Assembly (NCBI GenBank): GCA_045586685.1
Contig: JAZNAU010000009.1
Span: 1-64,000 of the forward strand
Origin: Clostridia bacterium
Lineage (GTDB): Bacteria > Bacillota > Clostridia > HGM11514
Direction of reading: 5' to 3'
Length of the DNA: 64,000 bases
Both the position numbers and the translations under genes were made by a program. The notes under the pieces were generated by a model. That model was not told the DNA's origin, ran no database searches, and saw only the letters and a list, made by a program, of their open reading frames with translations. The number at the start of each line of letters is the position of its first letter. Positions within the stretch are counted from its first letter, which is position 1. Positions 52,781 to 61,559 of this stretch are shown here, piece by piece.

Positions 52781-52967
52781 ACACGTTTGCAACCTCAATT
52801 CAATTTCTCCAACCCGGCGGCTCATTTCATCGTGTTGTGGCACAGCCCTACGCCGTCGTTGGTTCTTCCGCCGGCAGCACTCCGGCTCGGTCCTCTTTGG
52901 TTAACGCCGCATATGCGGCTGTTTACCCTTAATAATAGTTGGCTTTTGGCTACATAATATTTTAATG

Positions 52968-53145
52968 ATTTGACAACTTCGTTGTCATGAATTGTTGCTG
53001 TCTCAACATGAATTGAATTGCCTTAATGCACCCTAAGGTGCAATTCATGAGCCGTAGGCTTAATTCATGAAATGGCAGATTTCAATTCGTGCCGTCAGGC
53101 AATTCATTGAAAAAGCGACTTGTCAAAACAAGTCGCTTTTTCTGG
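52968..53145. repeat. Hairpin-ladder element B, copy 2, abutting tRNA-Ile2 CCA
   Basis: 178 bp; differs from copy 1 by 4 substitutions and absence of one 16-bp hairpin+spacer unit. Confidence 0.9.
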
Positions 53146-53219
53146 TGGGCCTTCAGGGATTCGAACCCGGGACCAACCGGTTATGAGCCGGTTGCTCTGA
53201 CCAACTGAGCTAAAGGCCC
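53143..53219 (-). tRNA. tRNA with CAU anticodon, probably tRNA-Ile2 (lysidine)
   Basis: GGGCCTTTAGCTCAGTTGGTCAGAGCAACCGGCT-CAT-AACCGGTTGGTCCCGGGTTCGAATCCCTGAAGGCCCACCA; acceptor stem resembles Firmicute Ile2. Confidence 0.9.
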
Positions 53220-53372
53220 GTTTCACAAATAACATTATAATTATACACGATTTTTCCTTATTTGTCAATAGCTAAATTATACGAAAAAGGCAATTTCCAA
53301 GACGATTTTTAAGCCCCGTCTTTTCCCTAAGAATATAAAAAAGACACTAACCAATGGTTGATGTCTTTTTTC

Positions 53373-53459
53373 TGGTGCAGAAGACGGGACTTGAACCCGT
53401 ACGACCAAACGGTCACTACCCCCTCAAAGTAGCGTGTCTGCCAATTCCACCACTCCTGC
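53373..53459 (-). tRNA. tRNA-Leu(GAG)
   Basis: GCAGGAGTGGTGGAATTGGCAGACACGCTACTTT-GAG-GGGGTAG, long variable arm, GGTTCAAGTCC...GCACCA. Confidence 0.96.
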
Positions 53460-53568
53460 ATACAACAGAAATAGTATATCAGCATTTTATCCATTTGTCA
53501 AGTCCCTTTTTTAATTTTCATCAATTTTTTATGCCTGTCTTTTCCGTTATGTAACCTTGATTGCATCT

Positions 53569-56500
53569 TTATTCCCCATCACTAAACTGCAATTCAAAAA
53601 TTCGTTGCAATACAACCTTGATGTTGGAAAGAATTCTATCCGCATCCTGTACCGCTGCTTTTCTAAAGGTAAGACAAGGCTTATTCCCAGCTGAGAACAG
53701 TAATTTATATTCTGCAATCACCTGACTAAGTGATTTCATAAGATCGGGGGAAATTTCTTGCCAGTAAAAATTCAAATTTTCTCCAACCTGACGAATTTCC
53801 GTTATCCCCACCTTACCCGCAGTATTTTTCACCAGTGCAACCTCCAGCAAATTCAAGACACATGCAGGGGTATCCCCAAAACGGTCACACAGTTCATCTG
53901 CTACCTCATTATATTCTTCACGGGTTGCAATTTTTGCAATTCTGCGATACAAATCCATTCTTGTCTGTTCACCGGAAACATAGGTTTTGGGAAGATATGC
54001 ATCAATCTGCAAATCAATCTGCACCTCGGTTATTTCGTTCTCAATCATTTCGCCGTTTCTGCGACGGACTTCTTCTTCCAGCATATCACAGTACAGCTCA
54101 TAACCTACCTGATCCATATGCCCATGTTGCTCCGCACCCAACACGTTCCCCGCTCCTCTAATTTCCAAATCACGCAAAGCAATTTTAAAGCCGGACCCGA
54201 ACTCTGTAAAATCACGCAATGCAATCAGCCGTTTCTGAGCCGCATCATCCAGCACCTTATCCTTTTGATACATTAGATAAGCATACGCCATTTTATCCGA
54301 CCGCCCTACCCGTCCTCTTAGCTGATATAGCTGAGAAAGACCAAGACAATCCGCATTTTCAATTAAAATGGTGTTCACATTGGGAATATCAAGACCTGTT
54401 TCAATAATGGTAGTACAAACCAGTACATCAATCTCCCCTTCCGATACCGCCAGCATAATTTTTTCCAACTGTCCTTCCTTCATTTTTCCGTGAGCGAATT
54501 CCACACGGGCAGAAGGAACCATTTTGCTGATTTTATGGGCAAGCGAAGAAATCCCCTCCACACGATTATACAAATAATACACCTGTCCGCCGCGGGACAA
54601 TTCGCGAACAATGGCATCCTGTATCACCGAATCATTATGCTCCATCACATATGTCCGTACAGGATAGCGGTCTCTTGGGGGTGTGGAAATGACACTGATA
54701 TCCCGAATTCCAATCATAGACATATGTAGAGTTCTGGGAATGGGGGTTGCGGTCATGGTAAGCACATCTACATCCTGTTTCATTTCCTTTAGCCGTTCCT
54801 TGTGGGCAACTCCAAACCGTTGCTCCTCATCCACAATCAAAAGTCCTAAAGAGGGAAATTTCAAATCCTTCTGCAAAATCCGATGTGTGCCAATAATAAT
54901 ATCAATCTGTCCTCGTTCCAGCCGTTCTAAAATCTCCCGTTGTTCTTTTGCAGTACGGAATCTTGACAGCATTTCTACGCGAATCGCAAAGGGTTCCATC
55001 CGCTTTTTAAAATTCTGATAATGCTGTAATGCCAAAATGGTAGTAGGTGCCAGATATGCCACCTGCTTATTATCCATAACACATTTGAAAGCAGCACGAA
55101 TGGCAACCTCTGTTTTGCCGTAACCCACATCACCGCACAAAAGACGATCCATAGGAATAGGCCGTTCCATATCTTTTTTCACATCATCAATACACTTGAT
55201 CTGATCCTCCGTTTCCGTATAGGGAAAGGCTTCCTCAAATTCTTGTTGCCAAGAAGTGTCCTCAGAAAAGGAATATCCTTCTATATTCTGTCGGGCGGCA
55301 TAAAGGCGAATGAGTCCGTCCGCCAGATCCGCACAACTTGCACGGACACGGCTTTTTGTATTATTCCATTCTTTTCCGCCCAGCTTATTCACCTTAAGAG
55401 AGGTTTTGGCTCCTACATATTTATGGAGCAAATCCAGTTGGGTTGCAGGAACATACAGCATATCCGTTCCGCCATAGCGAATTTTAAGATAATCCTTTGT
55501 CACACCGCCTGCCGTCACAAGTTCCTGACCTAAATACTGACCGATTCCGTGATTGACATGAACCACATAATCTCCTGCATTTAAATCGGTAGCAACATTG
55601 AGAATCTTTTGCTGGTCTTTGGACTTTCGTCTCTTTTTTTCTTGCTTTTTCTTGTTGATATCGCGGTCACTGATGACCGCCAGCCCAATGGAAGGATACT
55701 CAAATCCACCGCTCAGGCTTCCCGTTGTGACAGAAAGAGAAACTGGCTCGCTCTGTGGATTTTCGTCAAAAACAGCAGGCAACCCGTCTTGTTGAAGATG
55801 ATCAGACAAAATCATTCCGCGGCTTCTGCTTCCTGCCAATATTATAACACGATACCCCTGTTCCTGGTACAGTTGTAAATCTGCCGTCAACAGCGTCATG
55901 TTCCCATTGTATGTACTTTGATTTTTACATTCCAGCGTTACTAACTTTTTATAAGAAATTCCTGTGTTACTCTGCAGTAAGGGGCAAAAGCTCATGACCG
56001 TATTCCCCTTTAACCGATGAATCAATCCCTCGTATTCCAATGAATAATCTCCATCAACACCGCCCAAACTTCCTTGCTCCATCATAACAGAAACCGTTTG
56101 ATGAACCTCCCACGACGCATTTTCCGCTTTTTCCCGCAATAATGCAGGGTCATCAAGAAGAACAAGAGCATCACGGTCAAAATAATCCGTCAGCAAGGGT
56201 AACTTATCATAAAACAAGGGTAGATATTTATCATCAGATGGAAAATAACCAATTTCTCGCAGTCGTTCTGCATCCTTGGGACAAAACGGTTCTATTTTCG
56301 TTGCTACCTGTGCCCCCCGTTCCTTTGTATACAGCACCTCACGGGCAGGAGGAATGGTCACAGAAGAAATCCGTTCTACAGAAAGCTGAGTAAATACATC
56401 AAAGGTCCGCACTGTATCCACTTCATCACCAAACAGTTCAATCCGCACAGGTTGTTCCAAATGAATCGGAAAAACATCCAAAATACCGCCTCTTAAGGCA

Positions 56501-57015
56501 AACTGGCCCTGTCCCTCTACTGTTTCGAAACGGCTATAGCCTGCACTGACCAGTTTTGCAAGAACATGGTCAATGTCCACTTCATCCGCCTCAGAAATCG
56601 TCAGGGTATATTCTTTTAAATGAGCAGGTGACAGCACCGGTTCACATACTGCCGAAACGGGAGCGACTACAATTCCGCCCTCACGAGAGATTCGTTCCAA
56701 AACAGAGATTCTTGCAGCAGTTGTTTCACGGCTGACTGTATCCATATCATAAAACACAAATTCCCGACCTGAAAACAAAAACACTCTCCGGTCCAGAAAA
56801 AAGCTCAAATCACGATACCACATTCTGGCTGATTCTTCATTGGGTGCAATCACCAGACAGTTTTTCTGATTGGTATCCTGCAACAAAGAAAACAGAACAT
56901 GGGCACGGCCCGTACCGGATAAGCCGCTGACACAGACACATTCCTTATTTTCCAAACTATTTCGGATTTCCTTGTATCCTTCTAAGCAATCCAGCAATCC
57001 ATCAAACCGTGGCAT
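53569..57015 (-). CDS. mfd: Transcription-repair coupling factor
   Basis: GDYVVHVNHGIG; CGDVGYGKT; DEEQRFG; TATPIPRT; QLRGRVGR; DLEIRGAG. Confidence 0.98.
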   Translation of the reverse strand: MPRFDGLLDCLEGYKEIRNSLENKECVCVSGLSGTGRAHVLFSLLQDTNQKNCLVIAPNEESARMWYRDLSFFLDRRVFLFSGREFVFYDMDTVSRETTAARISVLERISREGGIVVAPVSAVCEPVLSPAHLKEYTLTISEADEVDIDHVLAKLVSAGYSRFETVEGQGQFALRGGILDVFPIHLEQPVRIELFGDEVDTVRTFDVFTQLSVERISSVTIPPAREVLYTKERGAQVATKIEPFCPKDAERLREIGYFPSDDKYLPLFYDKLPLLTDYFDRDALVLLDDPALLREKAENASWEVHQTVSVMMEQGSLGGVDGDYSLEYEGLIHRLKGNTVMSFCPLLQSNTGISYKKLVTLECKNQSTYNGNMTLLTADLQLYQEQGYRVIILAGSRSRGMILSDHLQQDGLPAVFDENPQSEPVSLSVTTGSLSGGFEYPSIGLAVISDRDINKKKQEKKRRKSKDQQKILNVATDLNAGDYVVHVNHGIGQYLGQELVTAGGVTKDYLKIRYGGTDMLYVPATQLDLLHKYVGAKTSLKVNKLGGKEWNNTKSRVRASCADLADGLIRLYAARQNIEGYSFSEDTSWQQEFEEAFPYTETEDQIKCIDDVKKDMERPIPMDRLLCGDVGYGKTEVAIRAAFKCVMDNKQVAYLAPTTILALQHYQNFKKRMEPFAIRVEMLSRFRTAKEQREILERLERGQIDIIIGTHRILQKDLKFPSLGLLIVDEEQRFGVAHKERLKEMKQDVDVLTMTATPIPRTLHMSMIGIRDISVISTPPRDRYPVRTYVMEHNDSVIQDAIVRELSRGGQVYYLYNRVEGISSLAHKISKMVPSARVEFAHGKMKEGQLEKIMLAVSEGEIDVLVCTTIIETGLDIPNVNTILIENADCLGLSQLYQLRGRVGRSDKMAYAYLMYQKDKVLDDAAQKRLIALRDFTEFGSGFKIALRDLEIRGAGNVLGAEQHGHMDQVGYELYCDMLEEEVRRRNGEMIENEITEVQIDLQIDAYLPKTYVSGEQTRMDLYRRIAKIATREEYNEVADELCDRFGDTPACVLNLLEVALVKNTAGKVGITEIRQVGENLNFYWQEISPDLMKSLSQVIAEYKLLFSAGNKPCLTFRKAAVQDADRILSNIKVVLQRIFELQFSDGE

Positions 57016-57033
57016 ATTCTGCTCTCCCTTCCG

Positions 57034-57591
57034 TTAATTATACCGATTCATTGCCCTTTCTACATCCTTCAGCATCATTTCCACCGCATCACACACTGTA
57101 GGAACGAGGGAAATCATAATTTTCAATTCTTCTTTCGAGAAAGTTCCCAAGACATGGTCAGCTAAATCCATTTCTTTATGCTCCGGTGCTCCTACACCGA
57201 TTTTCAGGCGCGGAAATTCATCTGATTGAAGCTGATAGATAATGGATTTAATACCATTATGCCCTCCTGCACTGCCTTTCTGTCGTATTCGCAATTTCCC
57301 CAGTTCCAGAGATATATCGTCAAACAAAATAATGATATCTGACGGAGAACAATCATACTTTTTACAAAGCGAAAGTACACTTTCACCGCTCAAATTCATA
57401 AACGTCTGAGGTTTTGCCAGCAAAACCTCTTGACCGGAAATTCTGCCAACACCGGTCAGCGCACGACATTCCAATTTCTTTATTTTAATATGATGCTTTT
57501 TTGCCAGACAATCCACATAAGAAAATCCTACATTGTGTCTGGTATCATCATATTTACTGCCCGGATTTCCCAGACCTACAATAATTTTCAT
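57034..57591 (-). CDS. pth: Peptidyl-tRNA hydrolase
   Basis: IVGLGNPG..Y..TRHNVG; KPQTFMNLSG; GGHNG. Confidence 0.98.
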   Translation of the reverse strand: MKIIVGLGNPGSKYDDTRHNVGFSYVDCLAKKHHIKIKKLECRALTGVGRISGQEVLLAKPQTFMNLSGESVLSLCKKYDCSPSDIIILFDDISLELGKLRIRQKGSAGGHNGIKSIIYQLQSDEFPRLKIGVGAPEHKEMDLADHVLGTFSKEELKIMISLVPTVCDAVEMMLKDVERAMNRYN

Positions 57592-57629
57592 CCAAAACCC
57601 TCCTTTTTCGACAAATGTCTTTACGACAC

Positions 57630-57660
57630 CATACCCCGTCTGATATTCAGACGGGGTATC
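57630..57660. terminator. Strong hairpin between prs and pth
   Basis: ATACCCCGTCTGA-TAT-TCAGACGGGGTAT. Confidence 0.55.
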
Positions 57661-57684
57661 GACAATTTATCAAAATAACAATGT

Positions 57685-58641
57685 TTAACTGAATAATGTG
57701 CTGACTGACAAATCCTCGTAAATTCTTTCGATTGCTTCTGCAAAAATAGGTGCAACGGAAAGAATTTTAATTTTGTCAATACACTTTTCTTTCGGCAGAC
57801 AAATGGTATCCAGACAAACCAACTCCTCAATGGGAGATTCGGAAATCCGCTCAATAGCAGGTCCGGACAATACACCGTGAGTACAGCAAGCATATATATT
57901 AGAAGCGCCTCTTTCCTTCAACGCATGAGCTGCATTGCAAATGGTTCCTGCAGTATCAATCATATCGTCAACCAGAATGGCTTTCTTTCCTTTTACATCG
58001 CCGATGATATTCATAATTTCACTTACATTTATCTTTGTTCTTCTCTTATCAATAATTGCCATAGGAAGCTCAAGACGTTCTGCAAAGCCTCTTGCTCTGG
58101 TTACACTTCCTAAATCAGGGGAAACAATAATACAGTTTTCCTTATCATCAACAAATTTTTTGTTATAATAAGGTGCCAGAATCGGCATTCCCAGCAAATG
58201 ATCCACAGGAACATTGAAGAATCCCTGAATCTGGCTGGCATGCAAATCCATCGTCAGCACGCGGTCAGCGCCTGCAGTTGCAATCAGATCAGCAACCAGT
58301 TTTGCAGAAATCGGGTCTCTTGCCTTTGCTTTTCTGTCCTGACGGGCATATCCGAAATAAGGAATCACCGCAGTAATTCTACCGGCTGATGCTCTTCTGA
58401 AAGCGTCAATCATGATTAAGAGTTCCATCAAATTATCATTCACCGGTTCACAGGTGGATTGAACAACAAATACATCTGCACCGCGGACGGTTTCACCAAT
58501 GTTTACATAAACTTCGCCATCGCTGAATCTTCCTACCTTGGCAGTTCCCAGAGGAACTCCTACAATATTGGCAATGGATTTTGCCAAAGAAGGATTGGAA
58601 TTTGCTGAAAAAACCTTGATTGATCTGCTGTGTGGTATCAT
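57685..58641 (-). CDS. prs: Ribose-phosphate pyrophosphokinase
   Basis: FSDGE; [11 protein letters not shown]; [11 protein letters not shown]; [10 protein letters not shown]. Confidence 0.98.
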   Translation of the reverse strand: MIPHSRSIKVFSANSNPSLAKSIANIVGVPLGTAKVGRFSDGEVYVNIGETVRGADVFVVQSTCEPVNDNLMELLIMIDAFRRASAGRITAVIPYFGYARQDRKAKARDPISAKLVADLIATAGADRVLTMDLHASQIQGFFNVPVDHLLGMPILAPYYNKKFVDDKENCIIVSPDLGSVTRARGFAERLELPMAIIDKRRTKINVSEIMNIIGDVKGKKAILVDDMIDTAGTICNAAHALKERGASNIYACCTHGVLSGPAIERISESPIEELVCLDTICLPKEKCIDKIKILSVAPIFAEAIERIYEDLSVSTLFS

Positions 58642-58892
58642 TTCGAATTTTCTCCTTTCGGTTGGATGACCAACCTTATATATTTGTTTGTCTTTCGTCT
58701 TCGTTTGACACAGTTTCCTTATAATATCACCATATATGTATTCTTATATATCTATTATATCAAAAATTTTCCGAAATGCCAAGTAGGAAAATACAACAAC
58801 AATCCGATTATTTTTTTCATTCTATCGTTGATACTGCATAAAGTGAAAAAGACACGGGAATGGTTTCCGGTGTCTTTTCGATTCAGATTCAT

Positions 58893-59177
58893 TTATTCCT
58901 CGGCTGCGATATCCGCAGATTCAGCCAAAGTTGCTTCATACTTTTCTAAGATAACGCCCTGCAGCATATCACGCATCTGCGCATTGATAGGATGAGCAAT
59001 GTCTTTAAATTCTCCATCCGGCGTTTTACGGCTTGGCATAGCAATAAACAGCTTATCCTGTCCTTCTATTACCTTAATGTCATGAACAACAAAAGCGTCA
59101 TCAAAGGTAACAGATACTACAGCCTTCATCTTGCCCTCAGTATTCAGCTTACGAATTCTGATGTCTGTAATTTGCAT
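58893..59177 (-). CDS. spoVG: Septation regulator SpoVG
   Basis: MQITDIRIR...FVVHDIKVI...FIAMPSRK...DIAHPI. Confidence 0.97.
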   Translation of the reverse strand: MQITDIRIRKLNTEGKMKAVVSVTFDDAFVVHDIKVIEGQDKLFIAMPSRKTPDGEFKDIAHPINAQMRDMLQGVILEKYEATLAESADIAAEE

Positions 59178-59434
59178 AACGGTTCCTCCTCTGTAGGATT
59201 TTCTATCTTGGACAAAAAATCACGTCCGGATGCCGCATCTTTGTAGTCAAAATTAACCCCTATATACTATTATACACAAAATTTTGAAAAAGTAAATGGT
59301 TTTTTTGGTTTTTTTTCATAGCTAAATGTGAAAAAAATACTTGCTATTTTTGGTTAAATTGTATAAAATAATATGTATGAACTATTTTTTCTCTAAATTT
59401 TCATGAATATTTTTTATTTTTATACATAGAAAGG

Positions 59435-60775
59435 ATGATTGGTATGAATTTTATGCAAAAAGGATGTCATGTTCATTTTGTGGGTATTGGCGGAATCAGC
59501 ATGAGTGCATTGGCAAATATTTTAAAAAGCAATCAAGTAAAGGTAACGGGCTCTGACATTTCCGAGTCTGATATGGTCAAGAAGTTAAAGAAAAGCGGAA
59601 TCAGTGTAGACGTCCCCCATCAGATAAACGAAATAAAAAATGCGGATTTGGTTGTCTATACCGCAGCCATCGCAAAAGACAACTGCGAACTTCTCTATGC
59701 AAAAGAACAAAAGATTCCCTGCTGGGAACGACCTGTCATGCTTGGTAAAATCATGGCACATTATCCGATTTCTATGGGTGTGTCCGGTACTCACGGCAAA
59801 ACCACTGTGACCAGTATGCTGTCCCACATTCTGTTACGGGCTGAACTTGACCCTACCTTGCTGGTGGGCGGAGAGTTGCCGGACATCGATGGCAATCTAA
59901 AGATAGGACAAAGTGATTATTTTGTCACGGAAGCCTGTGAATATGTAGATAGCTTTCTGAATTTTTATCCCACAATCTCCTTTATTTTAAATATTGAAGA
60001 GGATCATCTGGATTATTTCTCCGGTCTTGAACAGATTAAACAATCTTTTCGTCAGTATGCAAAGCAAACCACCGGTACGGTCATTGCTTGCGGAGAGGAT
60101 GAAAATATTCAATCTGCCCTTGAAGGAATCCCCTTTGTCTCCTTTGGTGCCGGATGTGATTATGAAGCCAGAAATATTAAAACCGGAGACAAAACTGACT
60201 ATACACTCTATCGCAAAGGAAATCCGGTATGTCCTGTTTCCCTGTCTGTTCCAGGAATACACAATGTAAATAATTCTTTAGCGGCATTGGCGGGAGCTGA
60301 TGTGTTAGGAATCCCCTTAGAGGAAGCTGCATCCTATTTAGAAGATTTTACCGGCGCAAAACGTCGCTTTGAATACAAGGGTAGCAAAAACGGAATTGAT
60401 GTGTACGACGATTATGCTCATCATCCCACAGAAATTGAGGCAACCTTAAAAGCACTCAAACAAAAAAACTATAATACGATATGGTGTATCTTTCAACCTC
60501 ACACCTATACCAGAACAAAAGCATTGTTTCAAGAGTTCATCACGGCTCTTTCTAAAGCAGAAAAATTGATTCTTACGGATATTTACGCTGCAAGAGAGCC
60601 GGATACAGGTCTGGTCCATTCTGCCCAGTTGGCAGAACAAATTCCCGGTGCAGTTTACCTTTCTACATTTTCGGAAGTAAAGGAATATCTGGAACAAAAT
60701 GCAAAGCCGGGGGATATGATTATGACCATTGGCGCAGGTACCGTCTATCAGGCGGGGGAATTGTTTTTAAAATAG
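59435..60775 (+). CDS. murC: UDP-N-acetylmuramate--L-alanine ligase
   Basis: HFVGIGGISMS; GTHGKTT; EACEY; DDYAHHPTE; FQPHTY. Confidence 0.96.
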   Translation: MIGMNFMQKGCHVHFVGIGGISMSALANILKSNQVKVTGSDISESDMVKKLKKSGISVDVPHQINEIKNADLVVYTAAIAKDNCELLYAKEQKIPCWERPVMLGKIMAHYPISMGVSGTHGKTTVTSMLSHILLRAELDPTLLVGGELPDIDGNLKIGQSDYFVTEACEYVDSFLNFYPTISFILNIEEDHLDYFSGLEQIKQSFRQYAKQTTGTVIACGEDENIQSALEGIPFVSFGAGCDYEARNIKTGDKTDYTLYRKGNPVCPVSLSVPGIHNVNNSLAALAGADVLGIPLEEAASYLEDFTGAKRRFEYKGSKNGIDVYDDYAHHPTEIEATLKALKQKNYNTIWCIFQPHTYTRTKALFQEFITALSKAEKLILTDIYAAREPDTGLVHSAQLAEQIPGAVYLSTFSEVKEYLEQNAKPGDMIMTIGAGTVYQAGELFLK

Positions 60776-60852
60776 TCACCTTTTCCAACTCTGTTCATAT
60801 TATAATAGTGAACATCCTTTTGATGTATCACTATTACAAAGGAGAATCTGTT

Positions 60853-61005
60853 ATGTGTTGCCGCAGAAGAAACCATCTCACTTTTGACTGTGAACAGTGG
60901 AAGCAAAGCCGAAGAACAACGCCCCCTATGGACGTTTTTAACGGACAAAATCAAAACAATCATTGCGGTTGCAATAACAACTGCAGATGCGGTTGTTGTT
61001 GTTAA
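60853..61005 (+). CDS. Small Cys/Asn-rich protein
   Basis: AAGGAG RBS; MCCRRRNH...NNHCGCNNNCRCGCCC; followed by a terminator. Confidence 0.6.
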   Translation: MCCRRRNHLTFDCEQWKQSRRTTPPMDVFNGQNQNNHCGCNNNCRCGCCC

Positions 61006-61009
61006 TTGC

Positions 61010-61044
61010 AAAAAATCCCTCGAAGTTTTTTCGAGGGATTTTTT
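61010..61044. terminator. Bidirectional terminator
   Basis: AAAAAATCCCTCGAA...TTCGAGGGATTTTTT. Confidence 0.8.
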
Positions 61045-61126
61045 AGGTAAAATCAACATCTGTCAAAGCCCGTTTCGTTGCTGACACACATCCGCTTTTT
61101 TGGACGAAAAGCCATAAGAAAACGCA

Positions 61127-61558
61127 TCAATCTCTGTTTGTTCGCTCTGTTGTAAGTGTGTTGTTCTTTCTAAAAATAATTTTACTTGCAATATAATTTA
61201 ATAATATTACCAGGATATTCACCAGCAGCTTCATCATTCTCGCTTCGTAATGCAACAAATCCACTGTAATATACATAACCAGCAGATCCATTAACCCCGT
61301 AGCACCCCGGCATCCGGTAAAGGATACAAATTCTCTGACTGTTAATTTTAAATTCCAATCCTTGCTTTCAAACACATACCTTTTATTGGTCGCAAAAGCA
61401 AACAGAACGGCACCCGCCCAGGCAAGCACATTACTGATAATAGTTCCTGCCTCTAACTTATAATAAAGCCATTCAAACAAAATGAGATTTACCATGGTTG
61501 TGCCTACGCCAAACAGCATGTATAAAAGCAGCATTTTTATTTTTTTACGATTCATCAT
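61127..61558 (-). CDS. GtrA family protein
   Basis: YMLFGVGTTMVN; FAFATNKRYVF; LNYIASK..F; 4 TM segments. Confidence 0.9.
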   Translation of the reverse strand: MMNRKKIKMLLLYMLFGVGTTMVNLILFEWLYYKLEAGTIISNVLAWAGAVLFAFATNKRYVFESKDWNLKLTVREFVSFTGCRGATGLMDLLVMYITVDLLHYEARMMKLLVNILVILLNYIASKIIFRKNNTLTTERTNRD

Positions 61559-61559
61559 A

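Noticed and set aside
52474-52957. ORFs 52474-52701, 52726-52932 and 52766-52957
   Set aside because: They overlap the TPP riboswitch, the tRNA fragment and palindromes, with no RBS or family motifs.
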